From assembly GCA_963725215.1 (NCBI GenBank), contig CAVRXQ010000002.1, positions 400,205 through 464,204 of the forward strand: 64,000 nt of DNA, written 5' to 3'. A program made the position numbers and the translations under genes. Source of the DNA: an uncultured Acidimicrobiaceae bacterium. Lineage in GTDB: Bacteria > Actinomycetota > Acidimicrobiia > Acidimicrobiales > Bog-793. Shown in pieces: positions 55,098 through 64,000 of the stretch; the first letter of the stretch is position 1; every line of letters begins with the position of its first letter. The notes below the pieces were generated by a model. That model did no database searches. It worked only from the letters and a program-made list of their open reading frames with translations, and was not told the DNA's origin.

Positions 55098-55487
55098 ATG
55101 ATCGAGTTCTACCTGGACGCGAAGTCGGGCATCGCCCCCTACCTCCAGCTCGTCCACCAGGTGCGCCGGGCCCTCAAGCTCGGCGCGCTGCGCGAGGGTG
55201 ACCAGCTGCCGACGGTCCGCGAGGTCGTGACCCGCATAGCGATCAACCCGAACACCGTGTCCAAGGCGTACCGTGAGCTGGAGCACGAGGGGCTGATCGT
55301 CGCTCGTGCCGGGGTCGGCACCTTCGTGACTGCCAGCACCAGCGAGGATGTCCTCGCGACGCTCGGGCCGATCCGCCACGACCTCGAGCAATGGCTCGTG
55401 CGGGCCCGAGCCACGGGCCTCGACGACGATTCCATCGAAGCGCTATTCCGAGCGGCCTTTCGGAACTCCGCCCCCGTAGCGTCGTGA
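55098..55487 (+). CDS. GntR (YtrA subfamily) regulator
   Basis: PYLQL, GDQLPTVRE, INPNTV.KAYRELE..G....G.GTFV. Confidence 0.92.
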   Translation: MIEFYLDAKSGIAPYLQLVHQVRRALKLGALREGDQLPTVREVVTRIAINPNTVSKAYRELEHEGLIVARAGVGTFVTASTSEDVLATLGPIRHDLEQWLVRARATGLDDDSIEALFRAAFRNSAPVAS

Positions 55488-56380
55488 GTGCCGCAGCGCT
55501 CGAGACCGTGGGTCTCGGCAAGCGCTACCTGCGTCGCTGGGCGCTCGAGGACTGCACGTTCCGCATCCCCCGGGGCCACGTCGTCGGTCTGGTCGGCCCG
55601 AACGGCGCTGGCAAGTCCACGCTGCTCAACCTCGCCGCCGGGCTGCTCGCGCCGAGCGCCGGCTCGATCGTGGTGCTCGGAGAGCAGCCGGCGCGCGACG
55701 CTGCCCAGCTCGGCCGCGTCGGCTTCGTTCCCCAGGACGCGTCCCTCTACGCGTGGCTCAGCGTCGAGGACCACCTGCGCCTCGGCGCGCACTGCAATCC
55801 CCGATGGGACGCGGAGGCCGCGCACGCACGCCTCGCCGAGCTCGGACTCAGTCCGCGCCAGCGCGCGGGGAAACTCTCAGGCGGCCAGCGCGCCCAGCTG
55901 TCACTCACGATCGCACTCGCCAAGCGCCCCGAGCTGCTCCTGCTCGACGAGCCCGTGTCCAGCCTCGACCCACTGGCACGCCGCGAGTTCCTCGGGCTGC
56001 TGATGTCAACGGTTTCGGGCCAGGACGTAAGCATCGTGCTCTCGTCGCACCTAGTGAGCGACATCGAGCGCGTGTGCGACTTCCTCATCGTGCTCGTGGA
56101 CTCCCGCGTCCGGGTGGCCGGGGAGATCGACGAGCTGCTGGCCGACCACCACCGGCTCGTCGGCACACGCTCGGCCGACGACGTCGCGCCGGTGAACCAG
56201 ACGGTGATCGCGTCCTCGGTCACCGACCGCCAGCGACTGCTCGTGGTTCGAAGCGACGGCCCGGTCGTCGAGCCCGGCTGGGTCATCGAGTCGATCAACC
56301 TTGAGGATCTGGTCCTCGCCTACATGGGTCAGGGCAAGGTCCGCCAGGACCCAAACGTGACGGCCCAGGTGGCGCCGTGA
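55484..56380 (+). CDS. ABC transporter ATP-binding protein
   Basis: GPNGAGKST, LSGGQ, LLLDEP, SSH. Confidence 0.93.
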   Translation: MSAAALETVGLGKRYLRRWALEDCTFRIPRGHVVGLVGPNGAGKSTLLNLAAGLLAPSAGSIVVLGEQPARDAAQLGRVGFVPQDASLYAWLSVEDHLRLGAHCNPRWDAEAAHARLAELGLSPRQRAGKLSGGQRAQLSLTIALAKRPELLLLDEPVSSLDPLARREFLGLLMSTVSGQDVSIVLSSHLVSDIERVCDFLIVLVDSRVRVAGEIDELLADHHRLVGTRSADDVAPVNQTVIASSVTDRQRLLVVRSDGPVVEPGWVIESINLEDLVLAYMGQGKVRQDPNVTAQVAP

Positions 56381-57450
56381 CGTGGCTCGCCTGGCGCCAG
56401 CTGCGCGCCCCGGCAGCCGTCGGAGCGCTCGGGGTCTTCGGGGTCCTCGTCGCGCTCGCCGTCACCGGACCACACCTCCTCCACGTCTACGACACCGTGG
56501 TCGTCCCCTGCGCCGCGCACGGTGACTGCTTCTCGGTCACTTCCCACTTCCAAGGACTCGACTCCCAGCTGAAGCACATGAGCTCGAGCGTGATGCTCGT
56601 CGCACCAGTCCTCCTTGGGATCTTCCTGGGCGCGCCGCTGGTTGCCCGGGAGCTCGAAGCGGGGACCTACCGGCTCGCCTGGACCCAGAGCGTGACGAGG
56701 ATGCGTTGGATCGCGACGCGGCTGACGTTGGTCACGCTCGCGACTTCGGTGCTGATGGCGTTGCTCAGCACTGCGGTGACGTGGTGGCAGCGCCCGCTCG
56801 ACCTGGTCAACAACGCCCTATGGCGCAACTTCGACCAGCGCGACGTGGTGCCGGTCGCCTTCGCCGTGTTCGCCGTCGCGCTCGGCGCGCTCTTCGGGGC
56901 GCTCGCGCGCCGGACGCTCGTTGCGATGGCGTCAACGATCGCGGTCTACGCCGGCGCGCGCTACTTGGTGGCGCAGTACATCCGGCCGAACCTCTTCGCG
57001 CCACTGAGGGCGAACTTGCCCTTCCGCTTCCGGGTGACCGCCACCGGCACCGAGTCCACCATCGGACCGCCGCAACCGAGCGACTGGCCGGTCTCGAATC
57101 AGATCGTGACTGGCACGGGGAAGGTTGTAGGTGAGAACGGGGAGATCGGTCCGAATGGCAACTTGGGTGGCTTCAATGTGAAGGGCAATGGGACGGCGGT
57201 GTTCACCGGCGTCGGCCGGTGCCCGAACCGGATCCCCGTGTCCCTCGGCGTGCCTCACTCGCACTCCACTCCGGCGACGCTGGCCGCTCTCCAGCGCTGC
57301 ATCGACAGCTTCCACCTGCGCGAAGTGGTCACCTACCAGCCGGCCAGCCGCTACTGGCCGCTGCAGTGGGCCGAGGCGGCGATCTTCGTTGCCCTCGCAG
57401 TTGCCCTCGCAGTCGGCTGCGTCTGGTGGGTGCGCCGGCGCCTGCCGTAG
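56377..57450 (+). CDS. ABC transporter permease
   Basis: W..WRQ.R, GAPLVARELE.GT.RL.WTQ, YQP.SRYW..QW.E; several TM helices. Confidence 0.88.
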   Translation: MTWLAWRQLRAPAAVGALGVFGVLVALAVTGPHLLHVYDTVVVPCAAHGDCFSVTSHFQGLDSQLKHMSSSVMLVAPVLLGIFLGAPLVARELEAGTYRLAWTQSVTRMRWIATRLTLVTLATSVLMALLSTAVTWWQRPLDLVNNALWRNFDQRDVVPVAFAVFAVALGALFGALARRTLVAMASTIAVYAGARYLVAQYIRPNLFAPLRANLPFRFRVTATGTESTIGPPQPSDWPVSNQIVTGTGKVVGENGEIGPNGNLGGFNVKGNGTAVFTGVGRCPNRIPVSLGVPHSHSTPATLAALQRCIDSFHLREVVTYQPASRYWPLQWAEAAIFVALAVALAVGCVWWVRRRLP

Positions 57451-57773
57451 CGGCAGTCGAACCTTCAGTAGTGGCTCGCGCCTTCGTGCGCTCGACGACG
57501 ACACCTCCCTGGCGCGATCCGTCTGACTTGAAGCGGCGACATGCGTCCCGGAACGCCGGATAAGCGCGTCGCAATCTGGCACTTCGGGGACGCTGATCGA
57601 ATTGTTGTTGCCCGTGGAGTGGTACTCGGCGGGAGATCGGACTAGCCCAGATCGCTGCCGGGTACGTGTGGCACGGTCCTGCGCTTCGGTGTGTCCTCTG
57701 CCCACTAGGCGAGCGGTCGACGCGGAGTCGCGTCGGCCAATCGGCTCTCGCCCGTTGGCCCCGCCGATGACCA

Positions 57774-58751
57774 TTAGACCGTGACGACGATCTTGCCGCC
57801 AGGGTGACCTAGTGCCAGGTACCGGATGGCCTCGGGCGCTTCACGAAGCGGGAAGGTCCGATCGATGACGGGAGTCACCTTCCCTTCCTCGATCAGCGTC
57901 GTCAGGTACTCGAGGTCTTCGGTGCGCTCCTTCGCGACCACGGCTCGCAGTCGTTGGTCCGAGAACATCGACCGAACGGGCGCCCGCAGGATCTGGCGGT
58001 CGAAGCCACCGAGCCACCGGCCGCCTCCTTCGCCGCCAACGATCACCAGGGTGCCGTGCGGCGTGAGGGCTCGGCCAAGCGAGGACAAGGGGCGCCGACC
58101 TGCGGTATCGAGGATGAGGTCAAACTGCGGTCCGCGGGCGTCGACCCCCTCGCGGGTGTAGTCGATCACGTCGTCGGCGCCGATGGACCGGACGAGGTCC
58201 GTCTTCGCGGTGCTACACATCCCCGTCACACGGGCGCCGAACGCGTGGGCCAGTTGGACGGCGAAGGAGCCGACGCCGCCTGCCGCGCCGATGACCAGGA
58301 CATCCTGGCCCGACTGCACGCGTCCAACGTCACGCAGGCCCTGCAGCGCGGTCATGCCCGAGATGGGGACCGCCGCAGCCTTCTCGAAGGTCAGATTGGC
58401 GGGCTTGCGGGCAAGGTCTTTGTCCCGCGAACGCGTGTACTCAGCGAACGAGCCGGCCATGGTCACGCCGTAGACCTCGTCGCTCGGACGGAATCGGGTC
58501 ACGCGCCGGCCCACCGCGTCGACGACACCTGAGAGGTCACGGCCTTTCACCCGAACCTTCGGGCGGCGCACACCCATCCCCATGAGGCGTACGAGGTAGG
58601 GACGACCGGTCATGAGATGCCAAACGCCGGGATCGACACCGGCCGCCAACACCTTCACGAGGACCTCGTCGTCACCAATCACCGGCATTTCGATTTCCGT
58701 GAACCGCAAGGTGTCGGGGGATCCGTAGATGTCCTGCACAACCGCCTTCAT
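57774..58751 (-). CDS. NAD(P)-dependent MDR-family oxidoreductase (quinone oxidoreductase-like)
   Basis: MKA....YG, GSFAEY, TALQGL, GAAGGVG, GAD.VIDY, GK.V. Confidence 0.9.
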   Translation of the reverse strand: MKAVVQDIYGSPDTLRFTEIEMPVIGDDEVLVKVLAAGVDPGVWHLMTGRPYLVRLMGMGVRRPKVRVKGRDLSGVVDAVGRRVTRFRPSDEVYGVTMAGSFAEYTRSRDKDLARKPANLTFEKAAAVPISGMTALQGLRDVGRVQSGQDVLVIGAAGGVGSFAVQLAHAFGARVTGMCSTAKTDLVRSIGADDVIDYTREGVDARGPQFDLILDTAGRRPLSSLGRALTPHGTLVIVGGEGGGRWLGGFDRQILRAPVRSMFSDQRLRAVVAKERTEDLEYLTTLIEEGKVTPVIDRTFPLREAPEAIRYLALGHPGGKIVVTV

Positions 58752-58963
58752 CTAGATCCTCCCTCGGCACCTCCTCTCGGATTCTCCCCCACGCCGGAAT
58801 GCGGCGTCGGAGGTCCCGGGTGCTGGCGCTGCTTCGCCATCTCATTCCTAGCCTCTTGATGTCCCTAAATGTGAGGAAAGGAGAGTTGCGCGCGTCTGCC
58901 CCACAACGCCGGCTCAGCGGCCATCTATTCAGTCTCGACCTCGAGAAACGAACGCGAGGGGGG

Positions 58964-58976
58964 GTGTCGGAGGGGG
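58964..58976 (-). repeat. third copy of the tRNA-Leu 3'-end att core, cut by IS481
   Basis: GTGTCGGAGGGGG matches the first 13 nt of 9877 and 33041. Confidence 0.55.
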
Positions 58977-61274
58977 TGTGCAACTGACAGTGATCGATTA
59001 CTTCGAGGTCAGTGTCTTTTGCCGTAGCCGTTCGTAAGGAGTCTGCCCGCCGAGGCCGCCGTGCGGGCGATCGTAGTTATAGAAGTTCTCCCACTCCTGC
59101 AGCCGCTCGTTGAAGAGCTCGGTCGTGTCGATGACCACGCCCTCGAGCCGGCGATAGAACTCTTCGCCGTCGATGCGGTGGGATCTCTCTACTTTTCCGT
59201 TGAGGCGCGGCGTGCGCGGACGGATGTAGACGTGGCGGATGCCGCGGTCGAGGAGGTGCCAGTGGAACTGCACTTGGAACTCGGATCCATTGTCCGTTTG
59301 GATCGACTCGACGTGGAAGGGGAGCTTCTCCAAGACGTAGTCGATGAACTGGATCGCGGTCTTCTTGTTGAGCCGGTTGTAGATGCGAAGCACCCGGAGT
59401 CTGGTGCAGTCGTCGATGGCGGTGAACTGGTAGTAGCGGCGCTTCTTGCCCCCGATCGGGGCGATGAATTTCACGTCGACCTGGATCTGATGACCGGGCT
59501 GGGGCTTCTCATAGCGCTTCCAGCGCTCGGCGTGACGCTTGTAACGCTGTGAGCTCGGCAGGCGGTTCATGTCGAGGCGCTTCAAGATCCGCCAGACACC
59601 GGAGTTCGAGATCTCGATCTCGTGATAGCGCTTCAGGTACATCGAGATCTTCAACGGGCCGAAGTGATAGTTCTGGCGCAGGTAGATGATCTTCCCGACG
59701 ATTTCGACCTTGGTCGCCCGGGGACTATTGAGCGGTGCCGCGCACCCGGTTTCGTTGGACACCGAATAGAGGAGGGCCAAGATGGCACTCGTGACGGTGA
59801 ACAACGATGAGACCGAGGACTTCAGAACCAAGCCGAGATGGTCGGCGAGCCGGAAGTTAGACGTCGTGATGCGGTTGCTCCGTGGGGAGCGGCTCGATGA
59901 GCTTTCCCGTGAGCTCCAAGTCGAAGCACACCGGATCGCCGCCTGGCGTGACGAGTTCATGGAAGCCGGCAAGGAAGGCTTGAAAGGTCACCGCCCCCAG
60001 ACAGAAGACGAACGGCGTCTCAGGGACGCCGAGCGAAAGATCGGCGAGCTCACCTTGGAGAACGAGATCTGGAAAAAGGTGGCAGAAAAAAGGGGGCTCC
60101 AGATGCCGCCGCAGAAGCGGCCGCGATGAGCGCGGAGATGGAGGTCCCCCTCGCCTTGGTCTGTCGGGTCACCGGTGCTCCTCGCTCGACGATCTACGAG
60201 CGACGTTCACGAGGTGACGTTCGAAGCCGCCCCGGCCCGAAGTGCTCGGTCTCGGACTCAGAGGTGACGCAGAGGATCCGCCAGGTGATCAAAGAGAGCC
60301 CGTTTTGTGGTGAGGGACACCGAAAGGTGAGGGCACGACTGCGCAGAGAGCACGAGCTCGTCGTCGGCAAGAACCGGGTGCTCCGCCTGATGAGACAAGA
60401 GGGCCTCCTCGCCCCGCAACGCGAGCGTCGCCGGCACCGTCCAAGGATCCACGACGGACAGGTGATCACGAACCGGCCGAACGAGCGCTTCGGCACCGAC
60501 GCGACGATGGCGTGGACGAGAGCCGACGGCTGGGTGTGGGTGTTCGTGCTCGTCGACCACCACACCGACGAGGCGTGGGCACATGTCGCGAAGGTCGGCA
60601 ACCGCTTCGCCGCGCTCCAGCCTCTCTACGACGCCGTCATCGATCGCTTCGGAAAGCTCGGACCGGACGTCGCTCGAGGGATCAAGCTGCGTCACGACTG
60701 GGGCAGCCAATACCGCTCGTTCCACTTCCAAGGGTCGCTCAAATGGCTCGGGATCGAAGACGATGCCGCATTTGTCGGCGAGCCGCAGGGCAACGGCGTC
60801 GCCGAACGGTTCATCCGCACCTTGAAAGAGCAGTGCCTTTGGTCGCGGCTCTTCATCGACGTCGACGACCTCCGTCAAGGTGTCGCCAACTTCATTGGGA
60901 CCTACAACAACGAGTGGCTGATCGAGCGCCTCGGCCACCGCACGCCACGAGAGGCGTTCATCGAGGCGACGGCGGAGATGGCCGCGTGATAGTCAGTGAA
61001 TCTGTCCGGCGAACCGGGGCCGCAACAGCGGGCGCTTCGAGCGATCCCTGAGGCCGCTTTCCCCCTCTGAGTCGTAGCGGCGCTTCCATTTGTAAAAGGC
61101 CGGCCGGCTGATCCCGTAGTAGCGGCAGGTCTTTGCGACACTGCCGCTGACCTCTTCGGCGTGACGGATGACCGCCAACCGCCGCGCCGCGTTCCTCGTC
61201 AGCTCTCGTTCCGTCACCAGGTCTTCCCCCATCTCGGAAGACCTCATATGTAAACGATCTCAGTCAGTTTTAGA
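58977..61274 (-). mobile_element. IS481-family element; transposase split (61028-61232 and 58998-59735) by a nested IS3
   Basis: imperfect IRs TGTGCAACTGACAGTGATCGATTA / TAAACGATCTCAGTCAGTTTTAGA; CRYYGISR..FYKW..RY, Q.DVK, TDNGSEF, NGKVER.H, YN..RPH. Confidence 0.88.
59736..61027 (+). mobile_element. IS3-family element (orfA 59782-60129, orfB 60126-60989), 4-bp target duplication GCGG
   Basis: TG...CA ends, IRs TGCCGCGCACCCGGTT / AACCGGGGCCGCAACA; GCGG at 59732 and 61028; D.T, HDWGSQY, AERFIRTLKE. Confidence 0.92.
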
Positions 61275-61276
61275 AT

Positions 61277-61335
61277 TGGGGTGACCGAGGGGACTTGAAC
61301 CCCCGAGCCCTTGCGGGCACCAGCCCCTCAAGCTG
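61277..61335 (-). tRNA. 3' half of tRNA-Leu(GAG) with a different, His-like acceptor 3' strand; not intact
   Basis: reverse complement CAGCTTGAGGGGCTGGTGCCCGCAAGGGCTCGGGGGTTCAAGTCCCCTCGGTCACCCCA. Confidence 0.7.
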
Positions 61336-61530
61336 TGGGGAACCGTCCAAAGTGTGCGGCCCAGTGCCGTTCATCCTGATCCGAGCGGCCATTGAGTCCA
61401 GCGAGTCGGATCTCACGACATGGGTTCCATCTCGTTGATTAGGTGACATGTAGCGGGGACCCCCTCCGCTCGAGTACTGCAATCAGTACTTGGTAAGTGC
61501 TCAAGGCACGCGGAGCCAGAGGAGGTCCCC

Positions 61531-62550
61531 ATGCGGATCGTAGGTGGATTCGATATTCACCGCGCCCAGATCACCTATAACTACGTCGATCTCCGAACCG
61601 GCGAAGAACACCGTGGCGTCATCCGACCAGCGACGCGCGAGGAAGTTCGCGCCTTTTTGGCGAATCTCGGCCGGAAGAAGATGGCGTTCGCGCTCGAAGG
61701 AACGACCGGCTGGCGCTTCGTCGTCGAAGAACTCCGACGTGTCGGCGCCGAAGCTCACCTCGCCGAACCGGCAGAGACGCGCGCCCGGCGCGGACCGAAG
61801 CGCCGTGCGAAGACCGATCGCGCCGACGCCCGATTGCTGCGCGACCTATTGCTCGCCGGCAACCTCCCTGAGTCATGGATCCCGCCCGATCACCTCGCCG
61901 ACCTGAGAACACTCGTCCGGCTGAGAAGGGTCCTCATCTCCCAACGCAGTGGTTGGCTGCGCCGCATGCACGCCCAGCTTTTCCAACACGGTGTTCCGCT
62001 CCCTCCGAACCTGAAGACGATCGCCGGGCGCGACTACATCAAAGATGTCGAGGTCCCAGCAGCCGCCCGTCGGGTGCTCGATTTCGGTTGCGCGACGATC
62101 GACCACCTCGATCGCTCCCTCGACGAGCTCGATCAGGAGATCTTCGCTCTCGCCCGTGGACTGCCCGGCTGCGCAATCCTTCGCCGGCAGTGGGGAGTGA
62201 GCCATGTGCTCGCCGCGACGATCCTTGCCGAGCTCGGCGACACCCGACGTTTTTCCAGTTCACGCCAAGCGGTCCGCTTCGCCGGCCTCGACGTCACCGT
62301 CTCAGAGTCCGACGGCAAACGTCTGCGGGGGCATATCTCGAAGCAGGGATCGTCGACGCTTCGCTGGGCTCTGTATGAGGCGGCGAACGCGGCGTGGCGG
62401 GTGAAGTCGCCCGACCACGAGTATTACGTCGCGACGAAGGCGCGCCTTGGCACCGTTCAGGCACGCCTCGCCGTCGCACGCCGGATCTGTCGGCGCATCC
62501 ACCACGAGCTCAAGGAGGCTGGAGACCTCGTCTTAGAACACGCTGCCTGA
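61531..62550 (+). mobile_element. IS110-family transposase with long 3' non-coding end
   Basis: GFDIH, ALEGTTGW, KTDRADA, ELGD..RF, GL....SES, G.ISKQG...LRWAL. Confidence 0.9.
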
Positions 62551-63116
62551 CTGGCACAGCCCAACGTCCGATGTCTTGCGGCCAGCTCCCTCGATTGTTT
62601 GTCGTCGCTAACGCGAGCGACCCTCATTAGTACGTGCGGCCGCAGGTTCACCACGGCAGTTCGGCCCGATCACTCATCATGTCGCCGGGCACACCACCCG
62701 AGCACCGAGATAAGCCGGGGCAATTGCTGGGGCCAGGCAACTCATCTTTTTGTCCGCTTGAAGTTCTCGCGCGCACTCAACGCGGTCGTGTCCACGGGAA
62801 GAAACAGGAACACCTGGTCTTGACACGGATCCCGCTACAGATAAGCAAGTGATTAGCAGCGCAATGCCGATGGCACGTCGTCCGAACAGCTGACGCTGAG
62901 CGTCGAAATCGCGTCGCCGCACGCTGTCTAATAGGCGGGCGGACCGAGTCGAACGCCGCCTCGGGAGCGCCGCTACCTCCGACGACGCCCCGTCGGAATC
63001 CGTTCAGCGAGTGAGCCTCCGGCGCGAACTCCTCGACGCACGACGAGCACCCGCCGGTGAAGAACCGGACCTCTGAAAACCGCATGCATGTGTCGGAACC
63101 TGCGTCGCGACCCCGT

Positions 63117-64000
63117 TTACACCAGCGGTGAGACGCGATCGGGTACCGCGGGATCAACTGAAGTTGACTTGTGAGTGGTATCGCGACGCAATTCCTCAAC
63201 CAGCTTGGTCGTCAGCGGAACCGACACTTCGAGCCGCTTCGCCGCCCGCAAGATCGCGCCGCCGATGGCTTCGATCTCGATGCGTCGGCCCGCAGCAGCA
63301 TCACGTTGCATCGACGATTGCATCATTTCAGGCGCGTTGTCCAACAGTCGGAGGAGCTTTTCGGGAGCAATTCGGGCACCGTCCTTCTCGGCGACGGTAA
63401 CGACTTCATCAACAAGAGTCAAAAGTTCAGTTCGATACTTCGTCCGGATAACACCGACTGGCGCAGCTTTATGGGTTGTGAGCAACGCAAGAGGCGCAAC
63501 GAAGGCTAGCTTTCCCCACATCATGGATTGCTCGTCTTCTCGAAACTCGACGTCAACCCCCGCTGCAGCAAGGTGCGCTCCGAATGCTCGTACCTGCTGA
63601 AAGTGGATTGCTTCGGTACCACTGGAAAGGCCGATTTCGACGGCAACAAATGGGCTCGTGCTTTCGATCTCTCCCGGCGCAATCCGTGTGGACTCAACTC
63701 TAATGGTCGCGGCAACGACGGCGGCCCCATACCGATCCCGGAGTAGGTCAAGGTGTTCGATACCGTTAAGAAGTGGAACAACGAGCGCGTCGCCCAGTGC
63801 GCCTATTGGCAGGCGGTCTAAGGCTCCTTCTAGTTGAGTTGCCTTGACCGTTACGAGGCACACATCGACTGGCATCTCAAGGATCGGGGTTGCATCGACC
63901 CTGACGCTGAAGTCCCCCATACGTTCGCTATGGACGGAGAGGCCGGCCACGCGCAGCTGCTCGCAAGTCGATTCAGAAGCGATGCAGACGACTGGATCTC
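63117..64000 (-). CDS. panE: ketopantoate reductase family protein (5' end beyond window)
   Basis: VTVKA, PLLNG, MWGK, SSMQRD..AGR..EIEAIGG. Confidence 0.85.
   Translation of the reverse strand, partial: DPVVCIASESTCEQLRVAGLSVHSERMGDFSVRVDATPILEMPVDVCLVTVKATQLEGALDRLPIGALGDALVVPLLNGIEHLDLLRDRYGAAVVAATIRVESTRIAPGEIESTSPFVAVEIGLSSGTEAIHFQQVRAFGAHLAAAGVDVEFREDEQSMMWGKLAFVAPLALLTTHKAAPVGVIRTKYRTELLTLVDEVVTVAEKDGARIAPEKLLRLLDNAPEMMQSSMQRDAAAGRRIEIEAIGGAILRAAKRLEVSVPLTTKLVEELRRDTTHKSTSVDPAVPDRVSPLV

Noticed and set aside
1-64000. CRISPR array, retron or reverse transcriptase, prophage structural genes
   Set aside because: No regularly spaced repeats, cas, RT or capsid/terminase motifs seen by eye

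Overview
High-GC actinobacterial (probably Acidimicrobiia-like) chromosome segment. 1-9.7 kb is core metabolism (hisB'-hisC-hisD, a divergent hisG, gltB-gltD). From 9877 onward it is a tandem island cluster marked by four 3' fragments of a minus-strand tRNA-Leu (9877, 33041, 58964, 61277); no intact tRNA lies in the window. The first island (9877-33058, bounded by an 18-bp direct repeat) is an AICE-type element (SCO3933/Pra-like, FtsK/TraB, RepSA) with a large serine recombinase whose stop codon is supplied by the att site. Its cargo is defence-like: (i) a bacterial ubiquitination-like operon (multiubiquitin-type Ubl ending in Ser, Cys-free E2-like protein, JAB-ThiF/E1 fusion) set back-to-back with an HTH-ImmA/IrrE metallopeptidase plus PIN nuclease across a three-operator switch; (ii) a frameshift-riddled SNF2-DUF3883 / DUF1156 methylase / Swt1-DUF499 restriction-like system; (iii) ssb; (iv) a DUF3800 gene preceded by a compact structured RNA. 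33-64 kb is accessory cargo (tyrA, PBP, methyltransferases, GGDEF, YtrA-ABC) with IS3, IS110, IS30 and IS481 elements and a 445-bp inverted duplication. All family assignments come from motif recognition by eye; no database search was run.
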